A stretch of DNA of 64,000 bases, taken from Polyangiaceae bacterium. GTDB taxonomy: Bacteria; Myxococcota_A; Polyangia; Polyangiales; Polyangiaceae. The notes under the pieces were generated by a model. It did no database searches. It was not told the origin of the DNA and worked only from the letters and a program-made list of their open reading frames with translations. Positions 48,982-56,925 of this stretch are shown here, in pieces; the first letter of the stretch is position 1, and each line of letters begins with the position of its first letter. A program made the translations under genes and the position numbers. The DNA lies in contig JANRKO010000028.1 in NCBI GenBank assembly GCA_033763455.1, forward strand, positions 96,001-160,000, given 5' to 3'.

Positions 48982-49206
48982 ATGAAGATTGGATGGTATT
49001 TGGCAGTTCTTAGTCTATCTATGTGCGCTGCGTGTGGCGGAGGCCAGAAAGAGCCTGAAGATGCGGATGGTGCCGCTGAAAGGGCCGGCGAACGCATCGA
49101 TACCGCAGCGGAGAAGGCGGGCTCCGAAGCGGAGGAAGCCACCGAAGATGTTGGCGAAGCGGTGGAAGATGCAGGTGATGATATTCAGGAAAAATCTAAC
49201 GAGTAA
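48982..49206 (+). CDS. Small acidic lipoprotein (LEA/YtxH-like helical repeats)
   Basis: AGGAG RBS, CAAC lipobox, AERAGERID..VGEAVEDAGD. Confidence 0.8.
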   Translation: MKIGWYLAVLSLSMCAACGGGQKEPEDADGAAERAGERIDTAAEKAGSEAEEATEDVGEAVEDAGDDIQEKSNE

Positions 49207-49250
49207 ATCCGCAAAGGTTAAAAGTCCAAAGAGTAAATCCGCAAAGGTTA
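49201..49250. repeat. 20-nt exact direct repeat with 30-nt period
   Basis: GAGTAAATCCGCAAAGGTTA at 49201 and 49231. Confidence 0.9.
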
Positions 49251-49313
49251 GAAGATTTGCAGACGCTCGTAGTGGGTGACCTGCGGAGACTTGGTATTTA
49301 GAAAGGTTCTACT

Positions 49314-49613
49314 ATGATTCAGCGAGTAATTGCGTTGTCGTTCTTGTTTTGTGCGGTCTCTCTTGGGTGCAGCGACGATCCCGTTGAGCAGATAACGAAC
49401 AAGATAACGTGCAGAGATGTGTGTGGGCGCTATAAGGATTGTATCGACTCCAACTACAATGTGGATATGTGCGTGAGCAAATGTGAGGCGGATGCTTCCG
49501 CGGAAGAGGCCAAGGAGCAGAAGCTCAACACGTGTGAAACCTGCTTGGATGACAAGTCCTGCACGGATTCGGTATTCAAGTGTGGAGTCGAATGTACGGG
49601 TGTGGTGCCGTAA
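49314..49613 (+). CDS. Cys-rich lipoprotein
   Basis: SLGC lipobox; 10 further Cys in about 80 aa; AAAGG RBS. Confidence 0.8.
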   Translation: MIQRVIALSFLFCAVSLGCSDDPVEQITNKITCRDVCGRYKDCIDSNYNVDMCVSKCEADASAEEAKEQKLNTCETCLDDKSCTDSVFKCGVECTGVVP

Positions 49614-49672
49614 GCTTGCCTTCTTGCCATCGACCCAAGGCGGTCGCTTCACAGGGGGGTGTGATTCGTTGA

Positions 49673-49698
49673 GCCACCCCGGGCAAACCCGGGGTGGC
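49673..49698. terminator. Perfect GC hairpin upstream of acnA
   Basis: GCCACCCCGGG-CAAA-CCCGGGGTGGC; no U-tract. Confidence 0.45.
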
Positions 49699-49799
49699 AT
49701 TAGATGAGATCTCGGGTGGCAAATTGCCCCGCGGAAGAGTGCTTTCGGATTCTGACCTAGCCTGGCCGTTGTGCTCGTGGGATTTTGCTTCAACCGACA

Positions 49800-52487
49800 A
49801 TGACCATATCTTCCCACGACTCGTTTTCGACGTTCCGACAACTGCAGGTGCCGGCTGGCACCCGCGGCTACTTCAGCTTACCAGCGCTTGCTGAAAGTGT
49901 GCGGGTGGATCTCGCACGCCTCCCATACTGTCTTCGCGTTTTGCTTGAGAACTTGCTCCGATGCGAGGATGGAAAATCCGTGACGCGTCAAGATATTCTG
50001 GCGCTCGCGGCCTGGGAACCGCAGGGCAACGCCCATGGTGAGATCGCCTTTCACCCGGCACGCGTGGTGCTTCAGGATTTTACGGGCGTCCCCGTAATCG
50101 TAGATCTTGCAGCGTTGCGTGATGCCATGGCGGAAATGGGTGGGGATCCCTCAAAGATCAACCCGCTGTTTCCGCTTGAGCTAGTGATCGATCACTCAGT
50201 GCAAGTTGATTCCTACGGCAGCTTAGATTCTCTATTGGTAAATACACGCAAGGAGTACGAACGGAACACCGAGCGTTATACGTTGTTGCGCTGGGCGCAG
50301 AATGCCTTCAACAACCTGAAGGTGGTGCCCCCGCAAACAGGTATTGTGCACCAGGTGAACTTGGAGCATTTGGCGCGGGTAGTCTTTGACTCTGAGGGCC
50401 TGCTCTACCCGGACACACTGGTCGGCACGGACAGCCATACCACCATGATCAACGGGCTTGGCGTGCTGGGGTGGGGTGTCGGCGGTATTGAAGCGGAGGC
50501 TGCCATGCTTGGGCAGCCCATCAGCATATTGATTCCGGAAGTTGTGGGGTTTCGTTTGCGTGGCAAGTTACCGCCGGGTAGTACCGCTACGGACCTCGTG
50601 CTGACCATTACGCGTCTGTTGCGCGATGTGGGTGTGGTGGAAAAGTTTGTCGAATTCTTTGGCGAAGGCCTGGATGATTTGCCGCTCGCGGATCGCGCTA
50701 CGATTAGTAACATGAGCCCAGAATTCGGCTCAACTTGCGCCATTTTTCCGATTGATGAGCAGACGCTCCGCTACCTTCGCCTTACCGGAAGAACGGATGA
50801 AGAGGTGGCGGTTATTGAGGCGTACACGCGCGCGCAAGGCTTCTTCCGAACCGCAGATGCTGTGGAGCCTGTATTCACGCAGGTGCTTGAGCTCGATCTT
50901 GGCACTGTCGTTCCTAGCTTAGCGGGTCCGCGGCGGCCGGAAGATAAAGTGGCTTTGAGTGCCGCCAAAGCAACTTGGGAGTCAGAGCTTGCTACGCTCA
51001 TCTCCAGCGCTCGCGCTGAACCAGCCGCCGTCGCTTTTGTTAACGCATCCAACCAAACCTTTGCGTTGAGTCACGGCAGCATCGTAATAGCCGCCATCAC
51101 ATCCTGCACCAATACGTCCAATCCTGCCGTCATGATGGCAGCCGGCCTCTTAGCACGAAATGCTCGTGCACACGGCCTAGAAGTAAAACCCTGGGTGAAG
51201 ACAAGCTTGGCGCCCGGCTCGAAGGTGGTAACCCGTTACCTAGAAGATGCCGGCGTGCTTCAAGATCTGGAGGCTTTGCGGTTTAACGTGGTGGGGTACG
51301 GCTGTACTACGTGTATTGGAAATAGTGGCCCTCTAGACGCACCGATTTCAGAAGCCGTGAACGCTCACAATCTTGTGGTGGTAAGCGTGCTCAGCGGGAA
51401 CCGCAATTTTGAAGGTCGCATCAGCCCTGATGTGCGCGCTAATTTCCTTGCGAGCCCTCCTTTGGTAGTGGCCTACGCCTTGGTGGGTCGGATGGACGTG
51501 GACCTGTTGACGGAGCCGTTGGGAGTGGATAGGAGTGGCAATAACGTCTTCCTGAGGGACATTTGGCCGTCGCCAGAGGAGGTGCAACGAGCAGTTCAGG
51601 CCCACGTGCAGGTCAGCCTGTACCGGGAGGAATATGCGAGTGTCTTTGAAGGAGATGCGGTCTGGAAAGCTCTGCCGGTTCCTCGCGAGCGCCTTTTCGC
51701 GTGGGATGCGGGGAGCACCTACGTGAGGCGTCCGAGTTTTCTGGAAGGCATTCCTCGTGAGCCTGCACCACTTGATGACATCCGGGGCGCGCGCGTTCTC
51801 GCCAAGCTCGGGGACTCGGTAACCACCGATCATATCTCCCCAGCCGGGAATATCTCCAAGGCATCGCCCGCGGGCGCTTACCTGCAAATGCATGGCGTGA
51901 AAGTTGCGGACTTTAATTCCTACGGTGCTCGTCGAGGCAACCACGAGGTCATGGTGCGCGGCACGTTTGCCAACGTGCGGCTGCGAAATCAGCTAGCCCC
52001 TGGAACGGAGGGCGGCCTCACTCGTCTCCTTCCTGACGGAGGCATCACATCACTCTTCGACGCCGCAGAGGCCTATCAAGCCAGCGGAACGCCCCTCTTG
52101 GTCCTGGCCGGCAAAGATTACGGCACCGGCTCGTCGCGCGATTGGGCGGCCAAAGGTACACGGCTTTTGGGGGTGAAAGCTGTCCTCGCAGAATCCTTCG
52201 AGCGCATTCACCGCAGCAACTTGATCGGCATGGGGGTCTTGCCTCTGCAATTTTTGCCCGGCCAGAGTGCTTTTACGCTAGGCCTCTCCGGTGAGGAGCG
52301 TTTCGATATTCAAGGCATCGCGAGTGCGCTTAGCCTCTCCAAGCTGCTGGATGTCGCCGCAACGGCCTCCGATGGACAGGTAAAACATTTTCGGGTCGTG
52401 TGTCGCATCGATACGCTGGTGGAGCTGGACTACTACTCGCATGGCGGCATTTTGCCCTTCGTTTTGCGCCAACTGCTGAGGGCGTGA
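49800..52487 (+). CDS. acnA: Aconitate hydratase A
   Basis: LQDFTGVP, IDHSVQVD, GTDSHT, AITSCTNTSNP, GYGCTTCIGNSG, TTDHISPAG, GSSRDWAAKG. Confidence 0.97.
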   Translation: MTISSHDSFSTFRQLQVPAGTRGYFSLPALAESVRVDLARLPYCLRVLLENLLRCEDGKSVTRQDILALAAWEPQGNAHGEIAFHPARVVLQDFTGVPVIVDLAALRDAMAEMGGDPSKINPLFPLELVIDHSVQVDSYGSLDSLLVNTRKEYERNTERYTLLRWAQNAFNNLKVVPPQTGIVHQVNLEHLARVVFDSEGLLYPDTLVGTDSHTTMINGLGVLGWGVGGIEAEAAMLGQPISILIPEVVGFRLRGKLPPGSTATDLVLTITRLLRDVGVVEKFVEFFGEGLDDLPLADRATISNMSPEFGSTCAIFPIDEQTLRYLRLTGRTDEEVAVIEAYTRAQGFFRTADAVEPVFTQVLELDLGTVVPSLAGPRRPEDKVALSAAKATWESELATLISSARAEPAAVAFVNASNQTFALSHGSIVIAAITSCTNTSNPAVMMAAGLLARNARAHGLEVKPWVKTSLAPGSKVVTRYLEDAGVLQDLEALRFNVVGYGCTTCIGNSGPLDAPISEAVNAHNLVVVSVLSGNRNFEGRISPDVRANFLASPPLVVAYALVGRMDVDLLTEPLGVDRSGNNVFLRDIWPSPEEVQRAVQAHVQVSLYREEYASVFEGDAVWKALPVPRERLFAWDAGSTYVRRPSFLEGIPREPAPLDDIRGARVLAKLGDSVTTDHISPAGNISKASPAGAYLQMHGVKVADFNSYGARRGNHEVMVRGTFANVRLRNQLAPGTEGGLTRLLPDGGITSLFDAAEAYQASGTPLLVLAGKDYGTGSSRDWAAKGTRLLGVKAVLAESFERIHRSNLIGMGVLPLQFLPGQSAFTLGLSGEERFDIQGIASALSLSKLLDVAATASDGQVKHFRVVCRIDTLVELDYYSHGGILPFVLRQLLRA

Positions 52488-52557
52488 CGCCCAACGTGGC
52501 CCCCTTCGGAGCCGGACGCCCCCCCTCGATTTCATGGAGTAATTGGGTGCGTGCAGG

Positions 52558-52710
52558 CTAAAGCGATGTCCGCCGACCGGTAATCAAGTTGATCAGCACC
52601 ACCACAATCGCCACTACCAATAACAGGTGAACGAACCCACCCATGGTATAGGAAGTGACCAGCCCGAGTGCCCAGAGCACCAACAGAATAACAGCAATTG
52701 TCCACAACAT
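52558..52710 (-). CDS. lmo0937-family small membrane protein (50 aa)
   Basis: Below the ORF-track cutoff; MLWTIAVILLVLWALGLVTSYTMGGFVHLLLVVAIVVVLINLITGRRTSL; AAGGA RBS. Confidence 0.9.
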   Translation of the reverse strand: MLWTIAVILLVLWALGLVTSYTMGGFVHLLLVVAIVVVLINLITGRRTSL

Positions 52711-52781
52711 GAGTATTTCCTTGAGTTTGCCTGAGAGGGGTTAGCCCCGGTTGCTTCCTTGTGGGGAGGTAAGTGCCATCC

Positions 52782-52797
52782 AGCAAGCATCGTGCCG
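52782..52797 (-). promoter_or_regulatory. sigma54-type promoter
   Basis: Minus strand CGGCAC-GATGC-TTGCT. Confidence 0.8.
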
Positions 52798-52953
52798 CTG
52801 GTGGAACAGGGCAGATGCGGTGTTCAGACGCCATGCCAACGCGGGATTCGCGTCCCACCCAAAGCCGGGAGACCATCACCGCGGTGCCATTGCGCAACGG
52901 CGCAACTTGCCCCACGTGTGGCAATTCACACCGTTCTTCGATTCTCTTTTTGG

Positions 52954-54606
52954 TCAAGCTATCTGAGGCACAGCCGCGAGAACTTCTAGCAACTGATGCG
53001 CATCCACTGGCTTCACCAGATGCGCCTCAAATCCGGCCGCAGCGCTCCTTGCTTTGTCGCTCGTTTGACCGTAGCCGGTAAGCGCGACCATTCGGCAGCC
53101 GGTACAGCTTGGGAGTGCGTGGAGCTTTTTCGCAAGCGTGTAGCCGTCCATGACGGGCAAACCTATGTCGAGTACCGCGAACTCCGGTCGAAATTCACCA
53201 GCGAGTTCGAGAGCCGCGAGTGGTTCTGTGGCGACCGCGACCTCGTGACCAAAAGAGCGCAAAATGTCCCCAAGCACTTCGGCCGCGTCGACGTTGTCGT
53301 CAACCACGAGGATTCGCTTCGAAATACCAGGCTGGGAGCGTGCCACCTCTGCCCTAGGGATTTGAGAACTGGTAGAGCCCGCGCGAGCAGGTAGACGAAC
53401 CCGAAATTCACTACCCAGACCCAGGCCAGCACTCACTGCACTCACGCTGCCCCCATGAAGCTGAACTAGATTCTTAACGAGAGCTAGGCCAACGCCCAGG
53501 CCCCCTCCTGGTCGCCCTTGGCCGCGAGGTGCCTGCGCAAACATGTCGAAGATGTTCGGAAGAATATCGGGCGCGATGCCTATGCCGTCGTCCTTTACGC
53601 AGAGCACGATCTCATCTTTCTCTCGAAACGCGGAGAGCTCGATGTGGCCGCCTGGGTGCGTATAGCGTGCGGCGTTGGTTAACAGATTAGCGACAACTTG
53701 GGATATTCGCACGGCATCCACGCGAACCCGTAGCCCTGTCCGCGGGACGTGCACTAAAAGCGTACTGCCTCGATTTTCTAGCAGAAAGCTAGCCATCTCG
53801 ATCGCTTCGGCGACCACCGTCCCAAGCTCCACCCATTCTTTACGGAGCTGGACTTTGCCGCGGGTGATTTTGGAGACATCCAAAAGGTCGTCTACCAGGC
53901 GCACCAGGTGCGTCACATGCCGTTCGATAAGCGCAAGCTCACGAGTGAGCTTGCCAGAATTTCGGAGCTTCACGAGTCCAATCGCCGTCACGATTGGAGA
54001 AAGTGGGTTGCGGAGCTCGTGACCCAACATAGCAAAGAATTCGTCCTTCGCGTTGTTGGCGGCCTCAAGGTCGCGGAGCAATCGCTCTCGTTCTGAGTAA
54101 GAGCGCTCCACAACGTGTCGGGCGCTTGCGGGGTCACTGATTTCGAGGCCGGCGATCATCAGCCCACTCACTACCCCCTCCTGCTGGATGGGCTCGACGT
54201 TGAAGCAAAATAGCGCCTCTTGGGGCTGGCCCTCTCCCGTGCGGGTCAAACTCATCCGGAATTCTGAAGTCGAAAAAGGATTCCCCGTTCGATACACCTC
54301 GCTCAATATCCCAACAAATTCACTGCCTTCCAATTCAGGAAACACTGCCGAAAAAGGCTTGCCAACAATGTCTCTCCTTCCAGCGATCTGGCAGTACCGC
54401 TCATTGGCTAACTCAAACGTGAGGTTATCTCCAGATAGCACCGCCACCGCGAATGGTGCTCTGTGCAGCAGGCGGTCGAGCGCATCGGCACGAGTGCTAT
54501 CCGTTGGAGGCGATGAGCTTGACGATGGTTTGGCGGGCACGGAAGTAAGATGAGACGATTTGGAAGCAACGTTCAAGGTTTTCTCAGGCTCAATGTCATG
54601 GGGCAA
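52954..54606 (-). CDS. Hybrid histidine kinase PAS-HisKA-HATPase-REC
   Basis: LGHELRNPL, NLLTNAARYT, GGLGVGL, ILVVDDN, LDIGLP. Confidence 0.92.
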   Translation of the reverse strand: MPHDIEPEKTLNVASKSSHLTSVPAKPSSSSSPPTDSTRADALDRLLHRAPFAVAVLSGDNLTFELANERYCQIAGRRDIVGKPFSAVFPELEGSEFVGILSEVYRTGNPFSTSEFRMSLTRTGEGQPQEALFCFNVEPIQQEGVVSGLMIAGLEISDPASARHVVERSYSERERLLRDLEAANNAKDEFFAMLGHELRNPLSPIVTAIGLVKLRNSGKLTRELALIERHVTHLVRLVDDLLDVSKITRGKVQLRKEWVELGTVVAEAIEMASFLLENRGSTLLVHVPRTGLRVRVDAVRISQVVANLLTNAARYTHPGGHIELSAFREKDEIVLCVKDDGIGIAPDILPNIFDMFAQAPRGQGRPGGGLGVGLALVKNLVQLHGGSVSAVSAGLGLGSEFRVRLPARAGSTSSQIPRAEVARSQPGISKRILVVDDNVDAAEVLGDILRSFGHEVAVATEPLAALELAGEFRPEFAVLDIGLPVMDGYTLAKKLHALPSCTGCRMVALTGYGQTSDKARSAAAGFEAHLVKPVDAHQLLEVLAAVPQIA

Positions 54607-54711
54607 ATTGCCTCAGTGTGGTGGTCTTGTGGTCTGCAGTTCCTCAACGCTCTTGCGCTGATGAGGGGTCTCGCGGCCAAACAACGCGGGAAGGTCATCC
54701 TGCAGATCGTG

Positions 54712-54727
54712 TGCAATTGCCGGACCA
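54712..54727 (-). promoter_or_regulatory. sigma54-type promoter for the kinase
   Basis: Minus strand TGGTCC-GGCAA-TTGCA. Confidence 0.6.
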
Positions 54728-54769
54728 GCCATGAAGTGTCGCGCACTTGGCGCTTTGCCGGCGTCACCT

Positions 54770-54877
54770 CAGGCAGCGCGTGCACAAGGTGGATGCAGCA
54801 GCGAACGCAAAGTCCAAGCAGAGTGAGCGCGAGGTGGATGCAGCAGCGAACGCATGTCCAGGCAGCGCGTTTGCAAG
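54770..54877. repeat. About 45-nt imperfect tandem repeat (2.4 copies)
   Basis: Exact core AGGTGGATGCAGCAGCGAACGCA at 54787 and 54832; CAGGCAGCGCGT at 54770 and 54859. Confidence 0.85.
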
Positions 54878-54905
54878 ATCCCGGTGGCGCGTAGTCAAGC
54901 GGGCT

Positions 54906-54921
54906 TGGCATGAGGGGTGCA
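54906..54921 (+). promoter_or_regulatory. sigma54-type promoter
   Basis: TGGCAT-GAGGG-GTGCA; in-frame GTG 54933 is 13 nt after the -12 C. Confidence 0.7.
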
Positions 54922-54932
54922 AGCACTTAGCC

Positions 54933-55331
54933 GTGACTCCCCACGACTCAAGTGTGACCAGTGCACCGGCAGAGGTCATTCACGGCGCGCTTGACCTGCT
55001 ACGCGCCGAAATCAAAGTGGGGGTGGCCCACGCACGAGCCTTCGGAGTCCACGCCGGAATCGCTGTGGTGTTGGCCCTATTCAGTGCCGTCGTGCTGCAA
55101 GCTGCGGTCATTCTAACGGTGCTCTCCCCGCTTTGGTTTGATCATCTGCCGGTATCGAGAGCGTTGTTGGCTCTCGCAGCCCCGTACGTTGCAGCGGTTT
55201 TGGCGGCCGGGGGAGCGTACTTGGTCTGGCGGAAGGCATGCGAACCACCCCCTTTCCGCGATATTCACCACCCACATTTGCAAGTGAGAAACAACGATGA
55301 CGAACGAGCCCGGAAATCAGAAGCCCTTTGA
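54933..55331 (+). CDS. YqjE/holin-like two-TM membrane protein
   Basis: ALDLLRAEIK amphipathic helix followed by two TM helices. Confidence 0.6.
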   Translation: MTPHDSSVTSAPAEVIHGALDLLRAEIKVGVAHARAFGVHAGIAVVLALFSAVVLQAAVILTVLSPLWFDHLPVSRALLALAAPYVAAVLAAGGAYLVWRKACEPPPFRDIHHPHLQVRNNDDERARKSEAL

Positions 55332-55680
55332 AAATGGCGTAAATGAAGCGGAGCGGGAGTTAATTCAAGCCCGAGAACACTTTAGCGAAACACTGCGTGA
55401 TGCGTCGGCAGCATCCAAGATAGTAGTTAGGCAGGTGTGGCAATCCGGCAAGCCTGTGCTCCTGGGTGCAGCAATTCTGACTGGGGTTGTGGTGCTTGTT
55501 GCAGCACGAAGAGCGAGGGCACCCCGTTCATTTATCGAAATTCGAGTCACGGCCCCCACGGGCACGGCCTCGGTGCAAAAGAGCCTCCTAACGCTCGCGG
55601 CGAGGCTCGCGGTCGCTCTGTTGATTCAGCGCGTTGGCAAGGCGCGTTCACGGGGCTTCGAACTCGCTCAAGCCAGCTAA
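55297..55680 (+). CDS. Hypothetical membrane-anchored protein (YqjK/DUF3618-like position)
   Basis: Coiled N-terminus plus TM; follows the YqjE-like gene; paralogous fragment at 30.1 kb. Confidence 0.65.
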   Translation: MTNEPGNQKPFENGVNEAERELIQAREHFSETLRDASAASKIVVRQVWQSGKPVLLGAAILTGVVVLVAARRARAPRSFIEIRVTAPTGTASVQKSLLTLAARLAVALLIQRVGKARSRGFELAQAS

Positions 55681-55991
55681 TCTTGGACTTCCCCCAGTAA
55701 ATCCTGAAGCTCACCCAGCGCTTTGGAATCCCCTTTCGCGGCCGCCGCTTCGAGCCCCTCTTCCAGCCACAGTCGTGCTTTGGCCGGCTCCCCAAGCTCG
55801 ACAAGAAGCTGCGCCGCCATAAGGTACACCGGAACGTAAGTTGCGTCGCGTTCACGAAGGGAAGTGAAACTTGCGAGGGCGTCCGCGTGACGGCCGAGCT
55901 TCTTATACTCGAGCCCAAGTGCGTACTCGGCGAACGCATCGGCGGACCCGCTTTTTACTAACTTCTCAAGCATTTCAAGGCGTTTGTTCAT
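55677..55991 (-). CDS. Small TPR protein
   Basis: DAFAEYALGLEY..YVPVYLMAAQLL TPR pattern. Confidence 0.8.
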   Translation of the reverse strand: MNKRLEMLEKLVKSGSADAFAEYALGLEYKKLGRHADALASFTSLRERDATYVPVYLMAAQLLVELGEPAKARLWLEEGLEAAAAKGDSKALGELQDLLGEVQD

Positions 55992-56251
55992 TGGGGTTCG
56001 CTGGGCAGAAGGGCTGTGGGCGAAAGCTGCACGGAGGCAGGATTTGTGCGGCGAGGGCCTGCTCGCGTCTATGATGGTCATCCGTTGAGTGCCTTTTCAA
56101 GCTCGGCGGTCATGGTTCTATTCTCGACGAGGCTTTGAGGGCCAAAGGGGTTTGGCCTAGCCTCCCCATTGCACATCGGGGGGTGCTTCCGTAGGCGCCG
56201 AATCACGCGTGACGGCGCCTCGGATTTGCCTCTACGCTGTGCCACAGAAAC

Positions 56252-56851
56252 GTGGCACCTCCGTTCCTAGTTGTGATGGCTCTCGAAATAGAAAGCCAAG
56301 GGCTGTTCGCTGCTGAGGGCGTTCCGGTTATCTACACGGGTATCGGGAAGGTGAACGCGGCGTATCGTCTGACGCGGGAGCTTTCGGCGCACCGAGCGAA
56401 GTTTGGGGTGGTCCCGCGGGTGCTCAACTTCGGAACCGTGGGAAGCCCGAAGCTCCGTGCGGGAACTGTCGTTTCGTGTCGTCGCTTTGTGCAGCGAGAT
56501 ATGGATGTTTCCGGGCTTGGATTTGACATCGGAATTACGCCTTTCGAAGAGGTGCCGGCGATGCTTGAGTTTGCATCGCTCTTTCCGGGTTTAGCAGAGG
56601 CTGTGTGCGGCACCGGAGATCGATTTGAGACCGGAAAGCCCCGTGTTGATTGCGACGTGATCGACATGGAAGCATACGCTCTGGCCAAGGTGTGTCACCT
56701 GGAAGGCGCCGCTTTCGGTGCCGTGAAGTTTGTTACTGATGGGGCCGATGGTGATGCCGGGGCGGACTGGGCTGCGAATCTGCCGCGAGCTGCGCGAGCA
56801 TTCTTGGAGCACTATCGGGATGCGATGGGGCGCTTGGGAGTGGTGCGATAA
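56252..56851 (+). CDS. MTA/SAH nucleosidase-like (PNP_UDP_1) protein
   Basis: MALEIE, TGIGKVNAA, NFGTVGS, TGDRF, DMEAYA, KFVTDGAD. Confidence 0.88.
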   Translation: MAPPFLVVMALEIESQGLFAAEGVPVIYTGIGKVNAAYRLTRELSAHRAKFGVVPRVLNFGTVGSPKLRAGTVVSCRRFVQRDMDVSGLGFDIGITPFEEVPAMLEFASLFPGLAEAVCGTGDRFETGKPRVDCDVIDMEAYALAKVCHLEGAAFGAVKFVTDGADGDAGADWAANLPRAARAFLEHYRDAMGRLGVVR

Positions 56852-56925
56852 TTGGCGGCCCTTCGCTTCGTTCGTCGCTTACGCAGGGCAGCGATCTCCC
56901 CGTCGATCTGCCTCTGAGCCCAACC

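Noticed and set aside
49201..49250. Direct repeat as att site or target-site duplication
   Set aside because: Copies are only 10 nt apart, and no integrase or transposase is in the window.
49681..49740. c-di-GMP-I riboswitch-like GGGCAAACC...GCAAA upstream of acnA
   Set aside because: Lacks the GNRA-capped P2 and the P3 consensus; better explained by the perfect hairpin at 49673-49698. An Rfam scan would settle it.
52773..53081. ORF with CPTC..SH resembling CETC..SH of the 20109 micro-ORF
   Set aside because: Overlaps the kinase 3' end antisense, has no RBS, and the similarity is too short to be significant.
54770..54877. Possible mini-CRISPR (23-nt repeat with about 22-nt gap)
   Set aside because: Only two cores, the intervening sequences resemble each other (tandem duplication), and there are no cas genes.
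5100..55700. Cluster as a mobile genomic island or prophage (holin-like gene at 54933)
   Set aside because: No integrase, tRNA, flanking repeats or phage genes; the holin-like protein fits the YqjE-type stress membrane family.
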